A DNA stretch of 64,000 nt, from contig OZ024740.1 of assembly GCA_964016885.1 (NCBI GenBank), forward strand, positions 45,818,001 through 45,882,000, read 5' to 3'. The DNA comes from Eledone cirrhosa. Taxonomy: Eukaryota. The notes below the pieces were generated by a model that saw only the letters and a list, made by a program, of their open reading frames with translations, had not been told where the DNA came from and ran no database searches. Shown here in pieces: positions 15,501 through 28,400 of this stretch. The stretch's first letter is position 1. The number at the start of each line of letters is the position of its first letter. The translations under genes and the position numbers were made by a program.

Positions 15501-18500
15501 AAGATATTGGTGTCGTACAGCAAGAATTAGATCTACTGTCTGTTGTTTTATGTAATAAGATATTGATGTTGTACAGCAAGAATTAGACCTACTGTCTATT
15601 ATTGTGTGTAACAAGATATTGGTGTCGTACAGCAAGAATTAGATCTACTGTCTATTGTTGTATGTAACAAGATATTGGTGTTGTACAGCAAGAATTAGAC
15701 CTACTGTCTGTTGTTTTATGTAACAAGATATTGGTGTTGTACAGCAAGAATTAGGCCTACTGTCTATTGTTGTATGTAACAAGATATTGGTGTTGTACAG
15801 CAAGAATTAGGCCTACTGTCTGTTGTTGTATGTAACAAGATATTGGTGTTGTACTGCAAGAATTAGACCTACTGTCTATTGTTGTATGTAACAAGATATT
15901 GGTGTTGTACAGCAAGAATTAGATCTACTGTCTGTTGTTGTGTGTAACAAGATATTGGTGTTGTACAGCAAGAATTAGATCTACTGTCTATTGTTGTATG
16001 TAAGAAGATATTGGTGTTGTACAGCAAGAATTAGACCTACTGTCTGTTGTTGTGTGTAACAAGATATTGGTGTTGTACAGCAAGAATTAGATCTACTGTA
16101 TATTGTTGTATGTAAGAAGATATTGGTGTTGTACAGCAAGAATTAGATATACTGTCTGTTGTTTTATGTAACAAGATATTGGTGTTGTACAGCAAGAATT
16201 AGACCTACTGTCTATTATTGTGTGTAACAAGATATTGGTGTTGTACAGCAAGAATTAGATCTACTGTCTGTTGTTGTGTGTAACAAGACATTGGTGTTGT
16301 ACAGCAAGAATTAGATCTACTGTCTATTATTGTATGTAAGAAGATATTGGTGTTGTACAGCAAGAATTAGATCTACTGTCTGTTGTTGTGTGTAACAAGA
16401 TATTGGTGTTGTACAGCAAGAATTAGATCTACTGTCTATTGTTGTATGTAAGAAGATATTGGTGTTGTACAGCAAGAATTAGACCTACTGTCTGTTGTTG
16501 TGTGTAACAAGATATTGGTGTTGTACAGCAAGAATTAGATCTACTGTCTATTGTTGTATGTAACAAGACATTGGTGTTGTACAGCAAGAATTAGGCCTAC
16601 TGTCCATTTTTGTAACAAGACATTGGTGTTGTACAGCAAGAATTAGACCTACTGTCTGTTGTTGTATGTAACAAGATATTGGTGTTGTACAGCAAAAATT
16701 AGACCTACTGTCTTTGTTGTATGGAACAAGATATTGGTGTTGTACAGCAAGAATTAGACCTACTGTCTATTGTTGTATGTAACAAGATATTGGTGTTGTA
16801 CAGCAAGAATTAGATCTACTGTCTATTGTTGTATGTAACAAGATATTGGTGTTGTACAGCAAGAATTAGATCTACTGTCTGTTGTTTTATGTAACAAGAT
16901 ATTGGTGTCGTACAGCAAGAATTAGACCTACTGTCTATTATTGTGTGTAACAAGATATTGGTGTCGTACAGCAAGAATTAGATCTACTGTCTGTTGTTTT
17001 ATGTAACAAGATATTGATGTTGTACAGCAAGAATTAGACCTACTGTCTGTTGTTGTATGTAACAAGATATTGGTGTTGTACAGCAAGAATTAGACCTACT
17101 GTCTTTGTTGTATGTAACAAGATATTGGTGTTGTACAGCAAGAATTAGACCTACTGTCTATCGTTGTATGTAACAAGATATTGGTGTTGTACAGCAAGAA
17201 TTAGATCTAGTGTCTGTTGTTTTATGTAACACGATATTGGTGTTGTACAGCAAGAATTAGACCTACTGTCTATTATTGTCTGTAACAAGATATTGGTGTC
17301 GTACAGCAAGAATTAGATCTACTGTCTGTTGTTTTATGTAACAAGATATTGATGTTGTACAGCAAGAATTAGACCTACTGTCTATTATTGTGTGTAACAA
17401 GATATTGGTGTCGTACAGCAAGAATTAGATCTACTGTCTGTTGTTTTATGTAACAAGATATTGGTGTTGTACTGCAAGAATTAGGCCTACTGTCTATTGT
17501 TGTATGTAACAAGATACTGGTGTTGTACAGCAAGAATTAGATCTACTGTCTATTGTTGTATGTAACAAGATATTGGTGTTGTACAGCAAGAATTAGACCT
17601 ACTGTCTATTATTGTGTGTAACAAGATATTGGTGTTGTACAGCAAGAATTAGATCTACTGTCTGTTGTTGTGTGTAACAAGACATTGGTGTTGTACAGCA
17701 ATAATTAGATCTACTGTCTATTGTTGTATGTAAGAAGATATTGGTGTTGTACAGCAAGAATTAGATCTACTGTCTGTTGTTGTGTGTAACAAGATATTGG
17801 TGTTGTACAGCAAGAATTAGATCTACTGTCTATTGTTGTATGTAAGAAGATATTGGTGTTGTACAGCAAGAATTAGACCTACTGTCTGTTGTTGTGTGTA
17901 ACAAGATATTGGTGTTGTACAGCAAGAATTAGATCTACTGTCTATTGTTGTATGTAACAAGATATTGGTGTTGTACAGCAAGAATTAGGCCTACTGTCTG
18001 TTGTTGTATGTACCAAGATATTGGTGTTGTACTGCAAGAATTAGACCTACTGTCTATTGTTGTATGTAACAAGATATTGGTGTTGTACAGCAAGAATTAG
18101 ATCTACTGTCTGTTGTCGTATGTAACAAGATATTGGTGTTGTACAGCAAGAATTAGGCCTACTGTCTATTGTTGTATGTAAGAAGATATTGGTGTTGTAC
18201 AGCAAGAATTAGACCTACTGTCTGTTGTTGTGTGTAACAAGATATTGGTGTTGTACAGCAAGAATTAGATCTACTGTCTATTGTTGTATGTAAGAAGATA
18301 TTGGTGTTGTACAGCAAGAATTAGATATACTGTCTGTTGTTTTATGTAACAAGACATTGGTGTTGTACAGCAAGAATTAGACCTACTGTCTATTATTGTG
18401 TGTAACAAGATATTGGTGTTGTACAGCAAGAATTAGATCTACTCTCTGTTGTTGTGTGTAACAATACATTGGTGTTGTACAGCAAGAATTAGATCTACTG

Positions 18501-21500
18501 TCTATTGTTGTATGTAAGAAGATATTGGTGTTGTACAGCAATAATTAGATCTACTGTCTGTTGTTGTGTGTAACAAGATATTGGTGTTGTACAGCAAGAA
18601 TTAGATCTACTGTCTATTGTTGTATGTAAGAAGATATTGGTGTTGTACAGCAAGAATTAGACCTACTGTCTGTTGTTGTGTGTAACAAGATATTGGTGTT
18701 GTACAGCAAGAATTAGATCTACTGTCTATTGTTGTATGTAACAAGACATTGGTGTTGTACAGCAAGAATTAGGCCTACTGTCTATTGTTGTAACAAGACA
18801 TTGGTGTTGTACAGCAAGAATTAGACCTACTGTCTGTTGTTGTATGTAACAAGATATTGGTGTTGTACAGCAAGAATTAGACCTACTGTCTTTGTTGTAT
18901 GTAACAAGATATTGGTGTTGTACAGCAAGAATTAGACCTACTGTCTATTGTTGTATGTAACAAGATATTGGTGTTGTACAGCAAGAATTAGATCTACTGT
19001 CTATTGTTGTATGTAACAAGATATTGGTGTTGTACAGCAAGAATTAGATCTACTGTCTGTTGTTTTATGTAACAAGATATTGGTGTTGTACAGCAAGAAT
19101 TAGACCTACTGTCTATTATTGTGTGTAACAAGATATTGGTGTCGTACAGCAAGAATTAGATCTACTGTCTATTGTTGTATGTAAGAAGATATTGGTGTTG
19201 TACAGCAAGAATTAGACCTACTGTCTGTTGTTGTGTGTAACAAGATATTGGTGTTGTACAGCAAGAATTAGATCTACTGTCTATTGTTGTATGTAAGAAG
19301 ATATTGGTGTTGTACAGCAAGAATTAGATATACTGTCTGTTGTTTTATGTAACAAGATATTGGTGTTGTACAGCAAGAATTAGACCTACTGTCTATTATT
19401 GTGTGTAACAAGATATTGGTGTTGTACAGCAAGAATTAGATCTACTCTCTGTTGTTGTGTGTAACAAGACATTGGTGTTGTACAGCAAGAATTAGATCTA
19501 CTGTCTATTGTTGTATGTAAGAAGATATTGGTGTTGTACAGCAAGAATTAGATATACTGTCTGTTGTTTTATGTAACAAGATATTGGTGTTGTACAGCAA
19601 GAATTAGACCTACTGTCTATTATTGTGTGTAACAAGATATTGGTGTTGTACAGCAAGAATTAGATCTACTCTCTGTTGTTGTGTGTAACAAGACATTGGT
19701 GTTGTACAGCAAGAATTAGGCCTACTGTCTATTGTTGTAACAAAACATTGGTGTTGTACAGCAAGAATTAGACCTACTGTCTGTTGTTGTATGTAACAGG
19801 ATATTGGTGTTGTACAGCAAGAATTAGACCTACTGTCTTTGTTGTATGTAACAAGATATTGGTGTTGTACAGCAAGAATTAGACCTACTGTCTATTGTTG
19901 TATGTAACAAGATATTGGTGTTGTACAGCAAGAATTAGACCTACTGTCTGTTGTTGTGTGTAACAAGATATTGGTGTTGTACAGCAAGAATTAGATCTAC
20001 TGTCTATTGTTGTATGTAAGAAGATATTGGTGTTGTACAGCAAGAATTAGACCTACTGTCTGTTGTTGTGTGTAACAAGATATTGGTGTTGTACAGCAAG
20101 AATTAGATCTACTGTCTATTGTTGTATGTAAGAAGATATTGGTGTTGTACAGCAAGAATTAGATATACTGTCTGTTGTTTTATGTAACAAGATATTGGTG
20201 TTGTGCAGCAAGAATTAGACCTACTGTCTATTATTGTGTGTAACAAGATATTGGTGTTGTACAGCAAGAATTAGGCCTACTGTCTGTTGTTGTATGTACC
20301 AAGATATTGGTGTTGTACAGCAAGAATTAGATCTACTGTCTATTGTTGTATGTAACAAGATATTGGTGTTGTACAGCAAGAATTAGGCCTACTGTCTGTT
20401 GTTGTATGTACCAAGATATTGGTGTTGCACTGCAAGAATTAGACCTACTGTCTATTGTTGTATGTAACAAGATATTGGTGTTGTACAGCAAGAATTAGAT
20501 CTACTGTCTGTTGTCGTATGTAACAAGATATTGGTGTTGTACAGCAAGAATTAGGCCTACTGTCTATTGTTGTATGTAAGAAGATATTGGTGTTGTACAG
20601 CAAGAATTAGACCTACTGTCTGTTGTTGTGTGTAACAAGATATTGGTGTTGTACAGCAAGAATTAGATCTACTGTCTATTGTTGTATGTAAGAAGATATT
20701 GGTGTTGTACAGCAAGAATTAGATATACTGTCTGTTGTTTTATGTAACAAGACATTGGTGTTGTACAGCAAGAATTAGACCTACTGTCTATTATTGTGTG
20801 TAACAAGATATTGGTGTTGTACAGCAAGAATTAGATCTACTCTCTGTTGTTGTGTGTAACAAGACATTGGTGTTGTACAGCAAGAATTAGATCTACTGTC
20901 TATTGTTGTATGTAAGAAGATATTGGTGTTGTACAGCAATAATTAGATCTACTGTCTGTTGTTGTGTGTAACAAGATATTGGTGTTGTACAGCAAGAATT
21001 AGATCTACTGTCTATTGTTGTATGTAAGAAGATATTGGTGTTGTACAGCAAGAATTAGACCTACTGTCTGTTGTTGTGTGTAACAAGATATTGGTGTTGT
21101 ACAGCAAGAATTAGATCTACTGTCTATTGTTGTATGTAACAAGATATTGGTGTTGTACAGCAAGAATTAGGCCTACTGTCTGTTGTTGTATGTACCAAGA
21201 TATTGGTGTTGCACTGCAAGAATTAGACCTATTGTCTATTGTTGTATGTAACAAGATATTGGTGTTGTACAGCAAGAATTAGATCTACTGTCTGTTGTCG
21301 TATGTAACAAGATATTGGTGTTGTACAGCAAGAATTAGGCCTACTGTCTATTGTTGTATGTAAGAAGATATTGGTGTTGTACAGCAAGAATTAGACCTAC
21401 TGTCTGTTGTTGTGTGTAACAAGATATTGGTGTTGTACAGCAAGAATTAGATCTACTGTCTATTGTTGTATGTAAGAAGATATTGGTGTTGTACAGCAAG

Positions 21501-24500
21501 AATTAGATATACTGTCTGTTGTTTTATGTAACAAGACATTGGTGTTGTACAGCAAGAATTAGACCTACTGTCTATTATTGTGTGTAACAAGATATTGGTG
21601 TTGTACAGCAAGAATTAGATCTACTCTCTGTTGTTGTGTGTAACAAGACATTGGTGTTGTACAGCAAGAATTAGATCTACTGTCTATTGTTGTATGTAAG
21701 AAGATATTGGTGTTGTACAGCAATAATTAGATCTACTGTCTGTTGTTGTGTGTAACAAGATATTGGTGTTGTACAGCAAGAATTAGATCTACTGTCTATT
21801 GTTGTATGTAAGAAGATATTGGTGTTGTACAGCAAGAATTAGACCTACTGTCTGTTGTTGTGTGTAACAAGATATTTGTGTTGTACAGCAAGAATTAGAT
21901 CTACTGTCTATTGTTGTATGTAACAAGACATTGGTGTTGTACAGCAAGGATTAGGCCTACTGTCTATTGTTGTAACAAGACATTGGTGTTGTACAGCAAG
22001 AATTAGACCTACTGTCTGTTGTTGTATGTAACAAGATATTGGTGTTGTACAGCAAGAATTAGACCTACTGTCTTTGTTGTATGTAACAAGATATTGGTGT
22101 TGTACAGCAAGAATTAGACCTACTGTCTATTGTTGTATGTAACAAGATATTGGTGTTGTACAGCAAGAATTAGATCTACTGTCTATTGTTGTATGTAACA
22201 AGATATTGGTGTTGTACAGCAAGAATTAGATCTACTGTCTGTTGTTTTATGTAACAAGATATTGGTGTTGTACAGCAAGAATTAGACCTACTGTCTATTA
22301 TTGTGTGTAACAAGATATTGGTGTCGTACAGCAAGAATTAGATCTACTGTCTATTGTTGTATGTAAGAAGATATTGGTGTTGTACAGCAAGAATTAGACC
22401 TACTGTCTGTTGTTGTGTGTAACAAGATATTGGTGTTGTACAGCAAGAATTAGATCTACTGTCTATTGTTGTATGTAAGAAGATATTGGATTTGTACAGC
22501 AAGAATTAGATATACTGTTTGTTGTTTTATGTAACAAGATATTGGTGTTGTACAGCAAGAATTAGACCTACTGTCTATTATTGTGTGTAACAAGATATTG
22601 GTGTTGTACAGCAAGAATTAGATCTACTCTCTGTTGTTGTGTGTAACAAGACATTGGTGTTGTACAGCAAGAATTAGATCTACTGTCTATTGTTGTATGT
22701 AAGAAGATATTGGTGTTGTACAGCAAGAATTAGATCTACTGTCTGTTGTTGTGTGTAACAAGATATTGGTGTTGTACAGCAAGAATTAGATCTACTGTCT
22801 ATTGTTGTATGTAAGAAGATATTGGTGTTGTACAGCAAGAATTAGACCTACTGTCTGTTGTTGTGTGTAACAAGATATTGGTGTTGTACAGCAAGAATTA
22901 GATCTACTGTCTATTGTTGTATGTAACAAGACATTGGTGTTGTACAGCAAGAATTAGGCCTACTGTCTATTGTTGTAACAAGACATTGGTGTTGTACAGC
23001 AAGAATTAGACCTACTGTCTGTTGTTGTATGTAACAGGATATTGGTGTTGTACAGCAAGAATTAGACCTACTGTCTTTGTTGTATGTAACAAGATATTGG
23101 TGTTGTACAGCAAGAATTAGACCTACTGTCTATAGTTGTATGTAACAAGATATTGGTGTTGTACAGCAAGAATTAGATCTACTGTCTATTGTTGTATGTA
23201 ACAAGATATTGGTGTTGTACAGCAAGAATTAGATCTACTGTCTGTTGTTTTATGTAACAAGATATTGGTGTTGTACAGCAAGAATTAGACCTACTGTCTA
23301 TTATTGTGTGTAACAAGATATTGGTGTCGTACAGCAAGAATTAGATCTACTGTCTGTTGGTTTATGTAATAAGATATTGATGTTGTACAGCAAGAATTAG
23401 ACCTACTGTCTATTATTGTGTGTAACAAGATATTGGTGTCGTACAGCAAGAATTAGATCTACTGTCTATTGTTGTATGTAACAAGATATTGGTGTTGTAC
23501 AGCAAGAATTAGACCTACTGTCTGTTGTTTTATGTAACAAGATATTGGTGTTGTACAGCAAGAATTAGGCCTACTGTCTATTGTTGTATGTAACAAGATA
23601 TTGGTGTTGTACAGCAAGAATTATATCTACTGTCTATTGTTGTATGTAACAAGATATTGGTGTTGTACAGCAAGAATTAGGCCTACTGTCTGTTGTTGTA
23701 TGTAACAAGATATTGGTGTTGTACTGCAAGAATTAGACCTACTGTCTATTGTTGTATGTAACAAGATATTGGTGTTGTACAGCAAGAATTAGATCTACTG
23801 TCTGTTGTTGTGTGTAACAAGATATTGGTGTTGTACAGCAAGAATTAGATCTACTGTCTATTGTTGTATGTAAGAAGATATTGGTGTTGTACAGCAAGAA
23901 TTAGACCTACTGTCTGTTGTTGTGTGTAACAAGATATTGGTGTTGTACAGCAAGAATTAGATCTACTGTATATTGTTGTATGTAAGAAGATATTGGTGTT
24001 GTACAGCAAGAATTAGATATACTGTCTGTTGTTTTATGTAACAAGATATTGGTGTTGTACAGCAAGAATTAGACCTACTGTCTATTATTGTGTGTAACAA
24101 GATATTGGTGTTGTACAGCAAGAATTAGATCTACTGTCTGTTGTTGTGTGTAACAAGACATTGGTGTTGTACAGCAAGAATTAGATCTACTGTCTATTAT
24201 TGTATGTAAGAAGATATTGGTGTTGTACAGCAAGAATTAGATCTACTGTCTGTTGTTGTGTGTAACAAGATATTGGTGTTGTACAGCAAGAATTAGATCT
24301 ACTGTCTATTGTTGTATGTAAGAAGATATTGGTGTTGTACAGCAAGAATTAGACCTACTGTCTGTTGTTGTGTGTAACAAGATATTGGTGTTGTACAGCA
24401 AGAATTAGATCTACTGTCTATTGTTGTATGTAACAAGACATTGGTGTTGTACAGCAAGAATTAGACCTACTGTCTGTTGTTGTATGTAACAAGATATTGG

Positions 24501-25477
24501 TGTTGTACAGCAAAAATTAGACCTACTGTCTTTGTTGTATGGAACAAGATATTGGTGTTGTACAGCAAGAATTAGACCTACTGTCTATTGTTGTATGTAA
24601 CAAGATATTGGTGTTGTACAGCAAGAATTAGATCTACTGTCTATTGTTGTATGTAACAAGATATTGGTGTTGTACAGCAAGAATTAGATCTACTGTCTGT
24701 TGTTTTATGTAACAAGATATTGGTGTCGTACAGCAAGAATTAGACCTACTGTCTATTATTGTGTGTAACAAGATATTGGTGTCGTACAGCAAGAATTAGA
24801 TCTACTGTCTGTTGTTTTATGTAACAAGATATTGATGTTGTACAGCAAGAATTAGACCTACTGTCTGTTGTTGTATGTAACAAGATATTGGTGTTGTACA
24901 GCAAGAATTAGACCTACTGTCTTTGTTGTATGTAACAAGATATTGGTGTTGTACAGCAAGAATTAGACCTACTGTCTATCGTTGTATGTAACAAGATATT
25001 GGTGTTGTACAGCAAGAATTAGATCTAGTGTCTGTTGTTTTATGTAACACGATATTGGTGTTGTACAGCAAGAATTAGACCTACTGTCTATTATTGTGTG
25101 TAACAAGATATTGGTGTCGTACAGCAAGAATTAGATCTACTGTCTGTTGTTTTATGTAACAAGATATTGATGTTGTACAGCAAGAATTAGACCTACTGTC
25201 TATTATTGTGTGTAACAAGATATTGGTGTCGTACAGCAAGAATTAGATCTACTGTCTGTTGTTTTATGTAACAAGATATTGGTGTTGTACTGCAAGAATT
25301 AGGCCTACTGTCTATTGTTGTATGTAACAAGATACTGGTGTTGTACAGCAAGAATTAGATCTACTGTCTATTGTTGTATGTAACAAGATATTGGTGTTGT
25401 ACAGCAAGAATTAGACCTACTGTCTATTATTGTGTGTAACAAGATATTGGTGTTGTACAGCAAGAATTAGATCTACT
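6563..25477 (+). repeat. Tandem duplication of a ~7.8-kb (140-monomer) block; the first copy is lengthened by a nested 3,182-bp duplication
   Basis: Rare variants pair at offset 10996 (aacaatac 7469/18465; gtgcagc 9209/20205), 7814 (ggatttg 14676/22490), 7870 (actgtata 16100/23970) and 7818 (atggaac 16724/24542; gatactgg 17517/25335). 10996 = 7814 + 3182. Confidence 0.88.
7470..14062 (+). repeat. Tandem duplication of 3,182 bp (57 monomers)
   Basis: Rare variants repeat at exactly +3182: gtgcagc 9209/12391, attatacctatt 10230/13412, actgactg 10519/13701. 57x56 minus 10 bp of deletions gives 3182. Confidence 0.9.
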
Positions 25478-28400
25478 CTCTGCTGTTGTGTGTAACAAGA
25501 CATTGGTGTTGTACAGCAAGAATTAGATCTACTGTCTATTGTTGTATGTAAGAAGATATTGGTGTTGTACAGCAAGAATTAGACCTACTGTCTGTTGTTG
25601 TGTGTAACAAGATATTGGTGTTGTACAGCAAGAATTAGATCTACTGTCTATTGTTGTATGTAACAAGACATTGGTGTTGTACAGCAAGAATTAGGCCTAC
25701 TGTCTATTGTTGTAACAAGACATTGGTGTTGTACAGCAAGAATTAGACCTACTGTCTGTTGTTGTATGTAACAAGATATTGGTGTTGTACAGCAAGAATT
25801 AGACCTACTGTCTTTGTTGTATGTAACAAGATATTGGTGTTGTACAGCAAGAATTAGACCTACTGTCTATTGTTGTATGTAACAAGATATTGGTGTTGTA
25901 CAGCAAGAATTAGATCTACTGTCTATTGTTGTATGTAACAAGATATTGGTGTTGTACAGCAAGAATTAGATCTACTGTCTGTTGTTTTATGTAACAAGAT
26001 ATTGGTGTTGTACAGCAAGAATTAGACCTACTGTCTATTATTGTGTGTAACAAGATATTGGTGTCGTACAGCAAGAATTAGATCTACTGTCTGTTGTTTT
26101 ATGTAACAAGATATTGATGTTGTACAGCAAGAATTAGACCTACTGTCTATTATTGTGTGTAACAAGATATTGGTGTCGTACAGCAAGAATTAGATCTACT
26201 GTCTGTTGTTTTATGTAACAAGATATTGGTGTTGTACAGCAAGAATTAGGCCTACTGTCTATTGTTGTATGTAACAAGATATTGGTGTTGTACAGCAAGA
26301 ATTAGATCTACTGTCTGTTGTTGTGTGTAACAAGATATTGGTGTTGTACAGCAAGAATTAGATCTACTGTCTATTGTTGTATGTAACAAGACGTTGGTTT
26401 AGTAGAGCTAGAATTAGATCTACTGTCTATTGTTGTATGTAACAAAACATTGGTGTTGTACAGCAAGAATTAGACCTACTGTCTGTTGTTGTATGTAACA
26501 AGACGTTGGTGTTGTACAGCAAGAATTAGGCCTACTGTCTATTGTTGTATGTAACAAGACATTGGTGTTGTACAGCAAGAATTAGGCCTACTGTCTATTG
26601 TTGTATGTAAGAAGATATTGGTGTTGTACAGCAAGAATTAGATCTACTGTCTGTTGTCGTATGTAACAAGATATTGGTGTTGTACAGCAAGAATTAGGCC
26701 TACTGTCTATTGTTGTATGTAAGAAGATATTGGTGTTGTACAGCAAGAATTAGACCTACTGTCTGTTGTTGTGTGTAACAAGATATTGGTGTTGTACAGC
26801 AAGAATTAGATCTACTGTCTATTGTTGTATGTAAGAAGATATTGGTGTTGTACAGCAAGAATTAGATATACTGTCTGTTGTTGTGTGTAACAAGACATTG
26901 GTGTTGTACAGCAAGAATTAGATCTACTGTCTATTGTTGTATGTAAGAAGATATTGGTGTTGTACAGCAATAATTAGATCTACTGTCTGTTGTTGTGTGT
27001 AACAAGATATTGGTGTTGTACAGCAAGAATTAGATCTACTGTCTATTGTTGTATGTAAGAAGATATTGGTGTTGTACAGCAAGAATTAGACCTACTGTCT
27101 GTTGTTGTGTGTAACAAGATATTGGTGTTGTACAGCAAGAATTAGATCTACTGTCTATTGTTGTATGTAACAAGACATTGGTGTTGTACAGCAAGAATTA
27201 GGCCTACTGTCTATTGTTGTAACAAGACATTGGTGTCGTACAGCAAGAATTAGACCTATTGTCTATTATTGTGTGTAACAAGATATTGGTGCCGTACAGC
27301 AAGAATTAGATCTACTGTCTGTTGTTTTATGTAACAAGATATTGATGTTGTACAGCAAGAATTAGACCTACTGTCTATTATTGTGTGTAACAAGATATTG
27401 GTGTCGTACAGCAAGAATTAGATCTACTGTCTGTTGTTTTATGTAACAAGATATTGGTGTTGTACAGCAAGAATTAGGCCTACTGTCTATTGTTGTATGT
27501 AACAAGATATTGGTGTTGTAAAGCAAGAATTAGATCTACTGTCTGTTGTTGTGTGTAACAAGATATTGGTGTTGTACAGCAAGAATTAGATCTACTGTCT
27601 ATTGTTGTATGTAACAAGACGTTGGTTTAGTAGAGCTAGAATTAGATCTACAGTCTATTGTTGTATGTAACAAAACATTGGTGTTGTACAGCAAGAATTA
27701 GACCTACTGTCTGTTGTTGTATGTAACAAGACGTTGGTGTTGTACAGCAAGAATTAGGCCTACTGTCTATTGTTGTATGTAACAAGACATTGGTGTTGTA
27801 CAGCAAGAATTAGGCCTACTGTCTATTGTTGTATGTAAGAAGATATTGGTGTTGTACAGCAAGAATTAGATCTACTGTCTGTTGTCGTATGTAACAAGAT
27901 ATTGGTGTTGTACAGCAAGAATTAGGCCTACTGTCTATTGTTGTATGTAAGAAGATATTGGTGTTGTACAGCAAGAATTAGACCTACTGTCTGTTGTTGT
28001 GTGTAACAAGATATTGGTGTTGTACAGCAAGAATTAGATCTACTGTCTATTGTTGTATGTAAGAAGATATTGGTGTTGTACAGCAAGAATTAGATATACT
28101 GTCTGTTGTTTTATGTAACAAGACATTGGTGTTGTACAGCAAGAATTAGACCTTCTGTCTATTATTGTGTGTAACAAGATATTGGTGTTGTACAGCAAGA
28201 ATTAGATCTACTCTCTGTTGTTGTGTGTAACAAGACATTGGTGTTGTACAGCAAGAATTAGATCTACTGTCTATTGTTGTATGTAAGAAGATATTGGTGT
28301 TGTACAGCAATAATTAGATCTACTGTCTGTTGTTGTGTGTAACAAGATATTGGTGTTGTACAGCAAGAATTAGATCTACTGTCTATTGTTGTATGTAAGA

